Origin: Acidobacteriota bacterium
GTDB lineage: Bacteria; Acidobacteriota; Thermoanaerobaculia; Multivoradales; UBA5704
Length of the DNA: 64,000 bases
Assembly (NCBI GenBank): GCA_040005235.1
Contig: JBDTZG010000004.1
Location: 1 to 64,000, forward strand
Direction: 5' to 3'
Of the stretch, positions 42,777 to 52,984 are shown one piece after another (position 1 is the first letter of the stretch; each line of letters starts with the position of its first letter). Below the pieces are notes generated by a model, which was given only the letters and a program-made list of their open reading frames with translations, was not told the origin of the DNA and made no database searches. The position numbers and the translations under genes are program-made.

Positions 42777-45238
42777 GCGCGACGGAGCAGGCTCAGGATG
42801 TCGAGGCGTACGGCCCTCCTCGCCGCGAGCAGGCTTGCCGCGAGCGCGATGCCAAGGAGGGTCAACGCGACGAGCGCAAGGGTCAGCCCGTCTCGCGGTC
42901 CGATTCCGAACAGCAGGCCGCGCAAGAGGCTGGAGACTGCGAGGGTCAGGGCAAGGCCGAGAACCACTCCTATCGCCACCGGTAAGAGGGCACGACCGAG
43001 GATGCCTCCGAGCAGCCTCCCGCGCGTCGAGCCCAGCGCCAAACGAACGCCGATTTCGAGGCGGGCGCTCGCAACGCTGTACGCCGTAAGGGTGAAAGTT
43101 CCCAGCGCGGCAAGGACCAGCGCCAAGACGGCGAAGAAAGCGGACAGCGCCGAGACGAAGCGCTCTCGAGCCAGCGATCGGGAGATCACCTCCCGCAGCG
43201 TTTTGATATCGGCAAAGGCAAGGTTGCGGTCGAGTGCTCCGAGTTGTCGGCGCATGGGCTGGGTCAGCGAACGAGGCGGGATCGTCGAACGGACGGTGAG
43301 CCTCATGGACCAAATCGGGGTTTGCAGATAGGAGGTAAAAACCTCGGGTCGAGCCGGTGCGCTTCCGCCCTCGAGCCTTTCGTCGCCGACGACTCCGACG
43401 ACCTGGTACCACGTACCGTCCCGGGCCTCGGGATCCTCCGCTAGCGAGATGCGGGACCCCAGCGGATTGGCACCGTGGAAGAGCTTCTTTTCGAGAGCGG
43501 CGTTGATGAGTGCAACCTGGGGAGCGGCCGCGACATCGCTCTCCGCCAGCAAGCGGCCCTTCAAGAGCGGCACCTTGAGAACGGCGAAATACCCTCCGCT
43601 CGCGATGCGATGGCTCGTCTCTACGACGCTCTCTCCCGAGGGGCGACCCTCCAGGTAAACGTCGACCGTCTCCTGGAGCCCTTGCGAAGGGAGAGCATCC
43701 ACCCAGCCTGATGCGACGACTCCTGGAAGCGCTTGGCTCCTTTCGAGAAAGAGATGAAAGAAAGAAGTGATTCGGGAAGGGGCGAAATATTCCGCCGGCG
43801 GCAGGGAGATGCGCGCGGTCAGTACTTGCTCGGGGTCGGCCCCCAGGTTCGCCCGCAGGAGATGTGTCTGGCTTTGCCCGAGCAGGACTGCGCTCGCGAC
43901 GAGAACCACGGCGAGAGCGACCTCCAGGACGACCAGCGCCGATTGCACCCGCTTGCCGCCGACATCGGAAGCTTCCTCAGCCAGGCCCATCGCGGCGGGG
44001 TGCTGCATCAGATGGACGGTGCGCAGAGTCGGAGCGATGCCGAGAAGCACGCCCGCCAACAAAGTGAGGAGAAACGCGAACCCTGCCGCGGTGCTGTCCC
44101 AGCCGATCTCGTTGAGTCGTGCTGCGCTTGGGGCCAGGTTCCGCAGAATGGAGAATGTCCAGGTGCCGAGAAACGTTCCAACACCTCCTCCGAGGAAAGA
44201 GAGAAGGAGCCCCTCGCAAAAAAGTTGCCGGCTCATGCGGAAGCGTCCGGCTCCCAGGGCCGTGCGGATGAAGATCTCTCGCCTGCGGCCCACGATCAGC
44301 GCCAGCTGTAGGATTCCCAGGTTCAGGCAGGCGATCAGCAGGACCATTCCCGCCGATCCGAGCGCCAACAGAAGAGGGCGCTGAAGGTTGCCTTGGATCC
44401 ATTCTTTGAGCGGCGTCAAACCGGGTCGTAGCGTGGCATTGGTGGTTGGAAATTCGCGGCTCAGCCGCTTGGCCACCGTCGCCAGATCGAGCTGCCCTTG
44501 CTGAAGCGAAATTCCCTTCCGGAGTCGTCCGATCGGGCGCAGGGAGTGGCCGCTACGAAAGTAAGGGTTCGTCACCTGGCTGGGCTGCCATTTGAAGGGC
44601 AGCCAAACATCCAGATCGGGAAACGGATAGGAGAAACCGTCCGGCATCACGCCGACGACGGTGCGCGAAATGCCGTCAATACGGACGGTCCGTCCTAGAA
44701 CTGCAGGATCTCCGCCCTGCCGGTGCCATAGCCCGTAGGAAAGGAGCACGACGGGAGAATGGCCCTCCCAGCTCTCCTCTTCGCGAAAGACTCTTCCGAT
44801 CAGGGGTTTCGCTTCGAGAACGGAGAAGAAGTTCCCATAGACCATCGCGCCGACGATGGATTGCGGCTCGCCTGCTCCTGACAGCGTCAGCTCGGTCGAC
44901 TGATCCGAGTGAGCGGTAATGTCGAGGAATGCCGACCGCGCTTGGCGATAGTCGAGGAAATCGGCGGGTGATACTTGGACGAATCGCCAATCTTTTTCGA
45001 GATCCTCTTCCCAAACCGCGACCAGCCGGTCGGAGTTGGGGAAGGGCAGGGGCCGAAGCAGCACCCCATTGACCGCTTGGAATACCGCAACGTTGGCGCC
45101 GATGCCCAGCGCCAGCGTGAGCGCCGCGCCAATAAGCTGGCCGAAACGGCGGCGATAAAAGCGCAGAGCGAAAAAAAAGTCTTGCGCCAGACCAAGCCTC
45201 CCCTGACCAGGCGATCGCGCAATTCTCCCATCCGGCAT
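42773..45238 (-). CDS. ADOP-type duplicated MacB/FtsX ABC permease
   Basis: ALGIGANVAVF...LLRPLPF, LIACLN, EIFIRTALGA, EIGVRLALG; no adjacent ATPase gene. Confidence 0.85.
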   Translation of the reverse strand: MPDGRIARSPGQGRLGLAQDFFFALRFYRRRFGQLIGAALTLALGIGANVAVFQAVNGVLLRPLPFPNSDRLVAVWEEDLEKDWRFVQVSPADFLDYRQARSAFLDITAHSDQSTELTLSGAGEPQSIVGAMVYGNFFSVLEAKPLIGRVFREEESWEGHSPVVLLSYGLWHRQGGDPAVLGRTVRIDGISRTVVGVMPDGFSYPFPDLDVWLPFKWQPSQVTNPYFRSGHSLRPIGRLRKGISLQQGQLDLATVAKRLSREFPTTNATLRPGLTPLKEWIQGNLQRPLLLALGSAGMVLLIACLNLGILQLALIVGRRREIFIRTALGAGRFRMSRQLFCEGLLLSFLGGGVGTFLGTWTFSILRNLAPSAARLNEIGWDSTAAGFAFLLTLLAGVLLGIAPTLRTVHLMQHPAAMGLAEEASDVGGKRVQSALVVLEVALAVVLVASAVLLGQSQTHLLRANLGADPEQVLTARISLPPAEYFAPSRITSFFHLFLERSQALPGVVASGWVDALPSQGLQETVDVYLEGRPSGESVVETSHRIASGGYFAVLKVPLLKGRLLAESDVAAAPQVALINAALEKKLFHGANPLGSRISLAEDPEARDGTWYQVVGVVGDERLEGGSAPARPEVFTSYLQTPIWSMRLTVRSTIPPRSLTQPMRRQLGALDRNLAFADIKTLREVISRSLARERFVSALSAFFAVLALVLAALGTFTLTAYSVASARLEIGVRLALGSTRGRLLGGILGRALLPVAIGVVLGLALTLAVSSLLRGLLFGIGPRDGLTLALVALTLLGIALAASLLAARRAVRLDILSLLRRA

Positions 45239-45317
45239 CGCTCATTATTACGACAGCCGCGCTAGCAGCGCAACGATGCAGCGTTCGAGTTTCGCGCCCG
45301 GCCGCCCCAAGGAGGTT

Positions 45318-46422
45318 CGCTCTACGAGGTGACCTGCCGCACCTTCCAGAGCCGGTTCCTCCTGTGGCCGGGTCCGCTGCTCAACGAGATCATCGTCGGC
45401 GACCTCGGCCGAGCGCAGCGCCTCTACCTGATCGACATCTGCGCGTTCTTTTTTGCCTCCAATCACTTCCACCTCTTAGCGCGGGTCGAAGACAGCGAGC
45501 GCCTCACCCGCTTCATGGGCTATTTCAACTCGAAGCTCGCCCGCGAGATCGCCCGATCGACCGGCTGGCGGGACAAGGTCTTCTCTCGCCGTTACCAGGC
45601 CATCCTCGTGAGCGACGAGGAAGAGGCTGGGTCGGGCGCCTGGTCTACATCCTTTCCCATGGCTGCAAAGAGAACCTGGTCGCCCGCCCCCAGGATTGGC
45701 CGGGAGTCCAATGCGTCACCGCCCTGCTCACCGGCCAGCCGATCGAGGGAACCTGGTTCGATCGCACCAAGGAATGGAAGGCGAGGGTAGGCGGGGAAGA
45801 GTTCGGCGTCCCGCAGTTCGCCGAAACGGAAGTCGTGAACCTCGCGCGCTTGCCCTGCTGGCAGCATCTCTCGGCGGAGCCGTACCGCGGCCGGATCGCC
45901 GAGTTGGTCGAGGCGATCCTCCGGCAGCAACCGTTTTCCCAGCCCGCTAATTAAGACGAAGAAGTCGCCCGCGCCACTCGTCCACGCCGCCTGCAAGCGG
46001 GTCCGTACCCAGATCAGGATCACCTACGCCTGGTTCGTTCGGGCCTTCCGCGAGGCGGCCGAGTACCCGAGAGGCCGGCGACCGGCAGGCGCGATTTCCC
46101 CAAGGATGCTTTCCGCCCGGCTTGCCGTTCGTTCGAGCGGGCCGGTAGGGAATCACACCGGCTACGTAGTCAACATCACCCGCTCAACTCGAAGCAGAGC
46201 ACGCTCGAAGTCCCGGCTGTCAGGCCTGTGGGCTGCGATTCGGCGCCTACGTGGCCGCCACGATCGTCAGCCGGCCCGATCTCCACCTCATTCACCGCCA
46301 TGGGCTGGCGGCGAAGGGGCTCCGTCTCCAACTTCCGGTTGCCACGAGGGGGCCTTTCGACACCCCTTTTCCGGGCTGCAGGCTTCGAGGTGTTCTTCTC
46401 CCAGAAGAGGGTGGCACCTTTT
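45318..46422 (+). pseudogene. Frameshifted near-complete Y1 transposase plus end region
   Basis: LYEVTCRT ... SNHFHLL with several frameshifts; ends CTTCTCCCAGAAGAGGGTGGCACCTTTT. Confidence 0.85.
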
Positions 46423-46519
46423 GGGGCGGGAGGACCGGGAGGACCACAACCACTCCTGCAAAAGCTTGAAGGGGTGCTAGGCTGCTTCCGTCGGCCACCT
46501 AACGGCTTAGGAGAACTAG

Positions 46520-46672
46520 ATGAAGAATGCAGCCAGGAAATTGACCCTCGCCAAAGAAACCCTCCTGTCCCTCAAGAAGCCAGACCTCACCCATGTGGCC
46601 GGAGGGAATAAGGCCGCGTCCTCTCAAGCATGGCCCGACGGCATCTGCCCGGACTCATACTGTTTCTGCTAG
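46520..46672 (+). CDS. Lanthipeptide-like RiPP precursor 3 (50 aa)
   Basis: TAGGAG RBS; MKNAARKLTLAKETLLSLKKPDLTHVAGG-NKAASSQAWPDGICPDSYCFC; not in the ORF track. Confidence 0.75.
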   Translation: MKNAARKLTLAKETLLSLKKPDLTHVAGGNKAASSQAWPDGICPDSYCFC

Positions 46673-46858
46673 AGAACTCCAGCGAGGTGCCTTGAAGCTT
46701 CCAAGGGCCCCGCCTGCTCCAACCCGAACTCCCTCTCTGCTCGTGTCCGGGTCGAGCAGAGAGATTCTGCACCTTCTGCGATTCGGGTTATTCCAGAACC
46801 GGCTGGCACGCTTTGCTGCGGGCTCTTCTCCCAGAAGAGGATGGCACCTTTTCCGGTT

Positions 46859-47774
46859 GGACAAGGTCTTCTCTCGCCGTTACCAGGCAATCCTCGTGAG
46901 CGACGAGGAAGAGGCCCAGGTCGGGCGCCTGGTCTACATCCTTTCTCATGTCTGCAAAGAGAACCTGGTCGCCCGACCCCAGGATTGGATTGGCCGGGAG
47001 TCCAATGCGTCACCGCCCTGCTCACCGGCCAGCTGATCGAGGGAACCTGGTTCGATCGCACCAAGGAATGGGAAGCCAGGCTTCGCGGCGAAGACTTCGG
47101 CGTCCGGCAGTTCGCCGAAACGGAAGTCGTGAACCTCGCCCCCTTGCCCTACTGGCGGCGTCTCTCGGCGGAGGAGTACCGCGACCGGATCGCCGAGTTG
47201 GTCGAGGCGATCGTTGAAAAAGCCGCAGCTCGGCGATCCGAGACGGGAATTGAACCCCTCGGCCGGGCAGCGATCCTCAAGCAGTACCCGTTCTCGCAGC
47301 CGACCAAGACCAAGAAGTCGTCGGCGTCGCTCGTCCACGCCGCCAGCAAACGGGTGCGTACCCAGATCAGGATCACCTACGCCTGGTTTGTTAGGGCCTT
47401 CCGCGAGGCAGCCGAGTACCTGAGAGCCGGCGACCGGCAGGCGCGCTTTCCGCAAGGATGCTTTCCGCCCGGCTTGCCGTTCGTTCGAGCGGGCCGGTTG
47501 GCGAGCACGCCGTCCACGTAGTCAGGATCACCCGCTCAACGCGAAACAGAGCCCGCTCGAAGTCCCGGCCGCTTGGCCGGTGGGCCGCGATTCGGCGTCT
47601 ACGTGGCCGGCACGATCGTCAGCCGACCCGATCTCCACCTCCTACCGCCATAGGCTGGCGGCGAAGGGGCTCCCTCTCCAACTTCCGGTTGCCACGAGAG
47701 GGCCTTTCGACCCCCTTTGCCGGGGCTGCTGCACTTCGAGGTGCTAGTCTCCCAGAAGAGGGTGGCACCTTTTG
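46859..47774 (+). pseudogene. 5'-truncated Y1 transposase plus end region
   Basis: Starts at DKVFSRRY right after the end motif at 46839-46852; GATTG duplication frameshift near 46985; end motif at 47760-47774. Confidence 0.85.
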
Positions 47775-47899
47775 GGTTCGATGAGCGGCGGTGGGAAACG
47801 GAACTGCGGCCGAGACTGAGGCACCGGCATCCACGCGAAAGCCGCCGGTCAACAGCGACTCCCTCGAACTACAGCCACCGCGCCCGCCGTCGGCTGTAC
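47775..47899 (+). ncRNA. Group II intron 3' remnant (half of domain V plus domain VI)
   Basis: GGTTCGATGAGCGGCGGTGGGAAACGG ... CCACCGCGCCCGCCGTCGGCTGTAC, paralogous to 49207-49325. Confidence 0.75.
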
Positions 47900-48159
47900 C
47901 CTTTTGCCGCACCTTTTGCCGGAACTTGCCGAGCTGTACGGCAAGCCTTTCCAGTTCTTCTTGGAGTAACAAAGGGCACAAGAAAAGAAAAATAGCCCCC
48001 AGATCTTCGGAGAGCTGCGCTGTTATCACCTGCAACATAGTGCTCAAAGATTTCGTGATCTGGATCCCAGCCACTCTATTAGCGAAGGCATGTTTATTGC
48101 TCCCGTATCTTCGTCTAGTCGGATGTCACGAAAGGCGCCTACTCTCGAAAAGAGGTTCT

Positions 48160-48423
48160 ATGAAAACCTTCGGTCTTCTTCTCTGCATGCTTCTAGTAGC
48201 CGGAACTCTGATGGCAACCCCAATTCTCGCTCCGACCGCGATTGAGGCCTCAGCCATCCCATCCCCTGATCTTCAGGCGATCTTCAGCAAGATGTCGTGT
48301 CAGACTAGTGCCGTCAACGACCCGGTAAACGAGAACGTATCGCCGTCGCAGTGCGGTCGTTGCTACTGCGACCCGGGACAGGCGTGCCATCTCTTTGCCG
48401 ACGGCTCGTGCAGCTGCGGCTAA
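48160..48423 (+). CDS. Small secreted Cys-rich peptide
   Basis: AGAGG RBS, signal peptide, C-terminal CGRCYCDPGQACHLFADGSCSCG. Confidence 0.7.
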   Translation: MKTFGLLLCMLLVAGTLMATPILAPTAIEASAIPSPDLQAIFSKMSCQTSAVNDPVNENVSPSQCGRCYCDPGQACHLFADGSCSCG

Positions 48424-48444
48424 CAAGCATTCCAGAACCATCAG

Positions 48445-48476
48445 GCCAGCCCCGGGGGTCACCTCCTGGGGCTGGC
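48445..48476 (+). terminator. GC-rich hairpin after the Cys-rich gene
   Basis: GCCAGCCCC...GGGGCTGGC with a weak U tail. Confidence 0.5.
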
Positions 48477-48657
48477 TTGGTCATAGCTCTTCAACGTAGT
48501 GCCGAAGGTGCCACGAGCGTCGGATGCGACGGCCGTGCCCTCCCCGGCCTCCCCAGGCCTCGACAGTTTCTCGTTGGAGCCGACCCTGCTGCCATAAAGG
48601 GAAGGCCGTCGGAGAGCGGGGGAGCAACCGACCGAAGAACCCGTTCTCTCCAACCGG

Positions 48658-49325
48658 GGCCGCCAGGCGGAAGCAAGTCTGGCGCTGGTCTCGCAATGGC
48701 TGGCGACGCTCGGTCTGACGATCCATCCCACCAAGACGCGCCTCTGTCAGGCCCGCGAAGAGCAGTTCGACTTCCTGGGCTACACCTTCGGTCCGGCACG
48801 GCACTGGCTGACCGGGAAGAGATTCCTCTCGGCCCGGCCCTCGAAGAAAGCCCAAAAGCGGCTCAAGGAAAAGATCAACGCTCTGGTCTATCGGGGCAAC
48901 CCCACGCCCTGGCCGGAGCTGCAAGCTCGGCTCAATCAGCTCCTGAAGGGCTGGGCCGGATACTTCAGCTTTGGCCACACTGGGCAGGCCGATACGGCTA
49001 TCCGGTGGCACGTCGCGGGACGGGTACGGCGGTTTCTCTGTCGTCGGCACAAGCTCCCTCCAGGAACCGGCCACTTTGGATTCAGCGAGGTGTACGGCAA
49101 GAAGGTGGGGGTGACCGACATCCGCCAGATGCGCCTGCAACGAAGGCCCGTGCATGCTCGCTTGTGAAGTCCGTCCGAGAGCCGGATGCGGGAGATCCGC
49201 ACGTCCGGTTCGATGAGCGGCGGTGGGAAACGGAGCTACGGTCAGGAGATTGAGGCACTCGCAACCGAAAGGGCGAGAAACAGATGGGCCTGACCTACAG
49301 CCACCGCGCCCGCCGCCGACTCTAC
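48658..49325 (+). mobile_element. 5'-truncated group II intron: RT C-terminus/maturase fragment plus domains V-VI
   Basis: LGLTIHPTKT ... FDFLGYTF ... LKGWAGYF, stop at 49165-49167; domain V GAGCCGGATGCGGGAGATCCGCACGTCCGGTTC at 49179-49211; ends GACTCTAC. Confidence 0.85.
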
Positions 49326-49464
49326 CCTTTTGACGGGAAGTTGGTGTATCTTGACGCCTCTAGATCCCGGATGCGCCTGCCCGTTGCGTGGAAGACGGCG
49401 TTCGCGCCTGTGGACTCGGAACCCACCGGGGTTCACTAGATCTGCGAAAGGAAGGAGGCTGTTT

Positions 49465-52440
49465 ATGCACCCTCGTGCGCTGTTCGCCGCCCTTTCCGCT
49501 GCCTTGAACCGTAGCTGTAGGCCGGTCCCACGAACGGCTGTGTCGATCCGCTCGCGATACGGCGCTTTCCTAGCATTCTTTTTCCTGGCAGCTGTTCCGG
49601 CCTTGCCGCAGGGCCATGCACAAGTCGAGTTCCTCACCTACCTGCCTCACACCGAAGCGAAGCTATCCGCACTGGTCAGCGGAATGCTGAGCGACAGAGA
49701 GGTCGAGGTGAACGTGTCACCTCTCCTAGATGGGAGCCATCGCCCGTTTCACCTCCAACTCCCTAATGGGGAGCAGTACCTGGTAACCGGTGCGCGTGAG
49801 GCTCTCAAGAATTCAAGGATATATACTTGGCAGGGGACTCTCTTGGTTTCCGGTGAGCGCGTAGGTCAAATCGTGATCAGCGTTCAGAACGGAGCCATCG
49901 CCGGGAAGATCTACACCAAAGAGGTGACTTACGTACTGTCTCCGCTCGGAAATGGCAGGGCAATCCTTTCACAACTCGACGATCCCGAGCCCTTGCCCTG
50001 TGGCGTCTCTCCTGAGGACGTCGTAATTGTTCGAGAGGGCAGTGACGGGGTCGCCTCAAGCCCTCCCTCGGTTTCTCCCTATGCTGAGGACGGCTCCATC
50101 ATTGACGTGCTCGTGTTCTACACGGCACAGGCACGCGAGATCGCTGGCGGGCGCGACAACGTCGAGTCCACTATCCTGATGGCTGTCAGCGACGCAAATC
50201 TCGCTTTCCAAAACAGCGAAGTCAGTACCCGTTTTAACCCGGTCGGCGTTCAAGAGATCGAGTACGAGGAGACCAGGAGCAGCGAAAGCGATTTGAATTG
50301 GCTAACGAACGACGACACCGTAGCTCAAATCCGGAACGAGCTTGCTGCCGACTTGGTTGGTATGGTGGTGTCCGTTATCGACGGCGATGGAGGGAGAGCG
50401 CGCATCATGGGACCCAACGACGTGGGCACCGGCTTTGCGCCCTATGCTTTCCAGGTCTCCGCCTGGAGTGGCCTGAATTTTCAAATTTTGGCTCATGAGT
50501 TCGGCCATTCTATGGGTGCCACTCATAATGTCGAGGTACCGGGTAGTGGTACTCCAGCTTTTCCTTACGGCCACGGTCATTACGTGGATGGCTCATTCCG
50601 GACCATCATGTCCTACCCAAACCTGGTTTATTGCCCGCACTCTTGCCCTGTGGTCCCGCATTTCTCTAATCCCGCGGTCGAAATAAATGGCGATCCGACC
50701 GGAGTGGCAGAGGAGCAGGATAACCACCGGGTTCTGAACCAGACGGCGGTCTATGTAGCGAACTTCCGAGTGCCTCTGCCCCGAACCCCGGAAAATGTTC
50801 AGGCATCGGACGGCACCTACATGGATCGCGTCCGAACCACGTGGAACTCTGTCGACAGGGCGGAGTTTTACGCGCTCTATCGCTCTGCCTCCACAACCGG
50901 CCCGAAGACGGCTATTGCGAGTTCCTTAGCTTTGACAAGCTTCGATGATACCTCGGCAATCGCGGGTACGACCTACTATTATTGGGTCAAGGCATCGAAC
51001 TCGGCTGGCTCAAGCAACCTCAGTCCCTACAACACTGGCTATCGCGCGGCGGCTCCTCCAGCGGCGCCGACGGGAGTTTCGGCAACGGATGGTGCTTACA
51101 CAGACCGCGTGCGGATCACCTGGAGCACGGTGTCCGGAACGACTTACTCCGTTTTCCGCGCGACCTCGACAAGCGGCGCTAAAACGTCCATCGCGACCTC
51201 CTTAACATCAACAAACTTCGATGACGCCTCGGTAATCGGGGGCACGACCTACTATTATTGGGTCAAGGCTTCGAACTCATCCGGTTCGAGTGACTTCAGT
51301 TCCTACAACACTGGCTATAGCGCGGTTGCTCCTCCAGCGGCACCTGCGGGGGTTTCGGCCACTGATGGCACCTACACAGACCGCGTGCGGATCACCTGGA
51401 ACGCGGTGTCCGGGGCGACGTACTCCGTCTTCCGAGCGACGTCGACAAGCGGCACCAAGACGACCCTCGCGACCTCCTTGACTGCGACCAGCTTGGATGA
51501 CACCTCGGCGGTCGCTGGCCAGACCTATTATTACTGGGTCAAAGCGATGAACTCATCCAGCTCGAGCGATTTCAGCTCCTACAACACCGGCTATCGCGCG
51601 GTTGCTCCCCCAGAGGCCCCGACGGGGGTTTCGGCTACTGACGGCACCTACACAGACCGTGTGTGGATCACCTGGAACGCGGTGTCTGGAGCCACGACGT
51701 ATTCCGTCTTCCGAGCCACGTCAACAAGCGGCGCCAAGACAACCATTGCAACCTCCTTAACGTCGGCCAGCTTCGATGACACCTCGGGAGCCGCGGGTAC
51801 GACCTATTATTACTGGGTCAAGGCATTGAATTCATCCGGCTCAAGCGACTTCAGTTCCTACAACGCTGGCTACCGTGCGGCTGCCCCTCCAGCGGCACCG
51901 ACGGGGGTTTCGGCAACAGATGGCTCGTACACAGACCGCGTGCGGATCACCTGGAACACGGTGTCTGGGGCGACTTATTTCGTCTACCGAGCGACCTCGA
52001 CAAGCGGCACCAAGACGACCATCGAAAACTCCTTAACTTCGACAAGTTTCGATGACACCTCGGCAGTCGCGGGTACGATCTACTATTATTGGGTCAAGGC
52101 ATCGAGTTCATCTGGCTCAAGTGACTTCAGTTCCTACAACACTGGCTATCGCGCGGTTGCTCCCCCAGTGGCACCGACTGGAGTTTCCGCAACCGATGGC
52201 ACTTACACAGACCGTGTGCGGATCACCTGGAACGCGGTCTCCGGAGCCTCCGGATACGTGGTTTATCGAGCGACATCAACGAGCGGGACCAAGACTGTCT
52301 TGGCATACTCATTGGCATTCACGAGCTTCGATGACACCTCGGCGATCGCGGGCACAACCTACTACTACTGGGTCAAGGCATCGAACTCATCCGGCTCAAG
52401 TGACTTAAGTTCTTACAACACCGGCTATCGGAGGAGATAG
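49465..52440 (+). CDS. Secreted reprolysin/M12-like zinc metalloprotease with six FN3 repeats
   Basis: IIDVLVFYT, HEFGHSMGATH, Met-turn FRTIMSY; six approximately 92-aa repeats of the APTGVSATDGTYTDRVRITW type. Confidence 0.9.
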   Translation: MHPRALFAALSAALNRSCRPVPRTAVSIRSRYGAFLAFFFLAAVPALPQGHAQVEFLTYLPHTEAKLSALVSGMLSDREVEVNVSPLLDGSHRPFHLQLPNGEQYLVTGAREALKNSRIYTWQGTLLVSGERVGQIVISVQNGAIAGKIYTKEVTYVLSPLGNGRAILSQLDDPEPLPCGVSPEDVVIVREGSDGVASSPPSVSPYAEDGSIIDVLVFYTAQAREIAGGRDNVESTILMAVSDANLAFQNSEVSTRFNPVGVQEIEYEETRSSESDLNWLTNDDTVAQIRNELAADLVGMVVSVIDGDGGRARIMGPNDVGTGFAPYAFQVSAWSGLNFQILAHEFGHSMGATHNVEVPGSGTPAFPYGHGHYVDGSFRTIMSYPNLVYCPHSCPVVPHFSNPAVEINGDPTGVAEEQDNHRVLNQTAVYVANFRVPLPRTPENVQASDGTYMDRVRTTWNSVDRAEFYALYRSASTTGPKTAIASSLALTSFDDTSAIAGTTYYYWVKASNSAGSSNLSPYNTGYRAAAPPAAPTGVSATDGAYTDRVRITWSTVSGTTYSVFRATSTSGAKTSIATSLTSTNFDDASVIGGTTYYYWVKASNSSGSSDFSSYNTGYSAVAPPAAPAGVSATDGTYTDRVRITWNAVSGATYSVFRATSTSGTKTTLATSLTATSLDDTSAVAGQTYYYWVKAMNSSSSSDFSSYNTGYRAVAPPEAPTGVSATDGTYTDRVWITWNAVSGATTYSVFRATSTSGAKTTIATSLTSASFDDTSGAAGTTYYYWVKALNSSGSSDFSSYNAGYRAAAPPAAPTGVSATDGSYTDRVRITWNTVSGATYFVYRATSTSGTKTTIENSLTSTSFDDTSAVAGTIYYYWVKASSSSGSSDFSSYNTGYRAVAPPVAPTGVSATDGTYTDRVRITWNAVSGASGYVVYRATSTSGTKTVLAYSLAFTSFDDTSAIAGTTYYYWVKASNSSGSSDLSSYNTGYRRR

Positions 52441-52494
52441 CTGCAGATAGCATCTTCAGGAGTAACGGGGCTCTAGCAGGGTGTCCCCTTATAG

Positions 52495-52932
52495 GTGCCA
52501 TGCGGACCTTCGCTTGGAGTGTTTTTTACTGTAAACGAGTTTGTGCTTATGCCGTTCGCCAAAGTTTTTGAGGACGTGTACCAACTTGGTGTCCGAGCCG
52601 CCTGCGTCGAAGTCGATGTCGACTGTCAGAGAGTAGACGAGCAGATTTTTCAAGAAACTATACTTGAGCGCATTGTCAGCCAGGTACGCCTGGCAGACCT
52701 AATAATCGCCTATGTTCGGCTTGCGGGCGGCGAAGAGCGCAATACAGCATTCCTAGAGAAAGTACGCGCTATGCCAATGGTAGAAAAGCAGAGTCGATTC
52801 ATTATTAGCGACGACAAGCAGGTATCTAGAATAAAGATCTGGAGTTACGAAGCACTAGACGCAGCGAAATTGCACGGCATTGCTAAGAACACAGATGCTG
52901 AGATAGTCGAGGTAGAGGTTGCGCCCGACTAG
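52495..52932 (+). pseudogene. Chimeric fragment of a nucleoside-deoxyribosyltransferase/TIR-like protein
   Basis: FVLMPF ... CQRVDE ... ILERIVSQVRLADLIIA, then unrelated sequence. Confidence 0.5.
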
Positions 52933-52984
52933 CTTCGACGGTGCTTTCGTTAGTGATTTTCTTGCACATATTCCGCTACTGGTG

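Noticed and set aside
48658-49325. Retron, DGR or intact RT system; class IIC intron
   Set aside because: Only the RT C-terminus and maturase remain, with no YADD. Domains V-VI identify a group II intron, and its AGC triad does not fit IIC.
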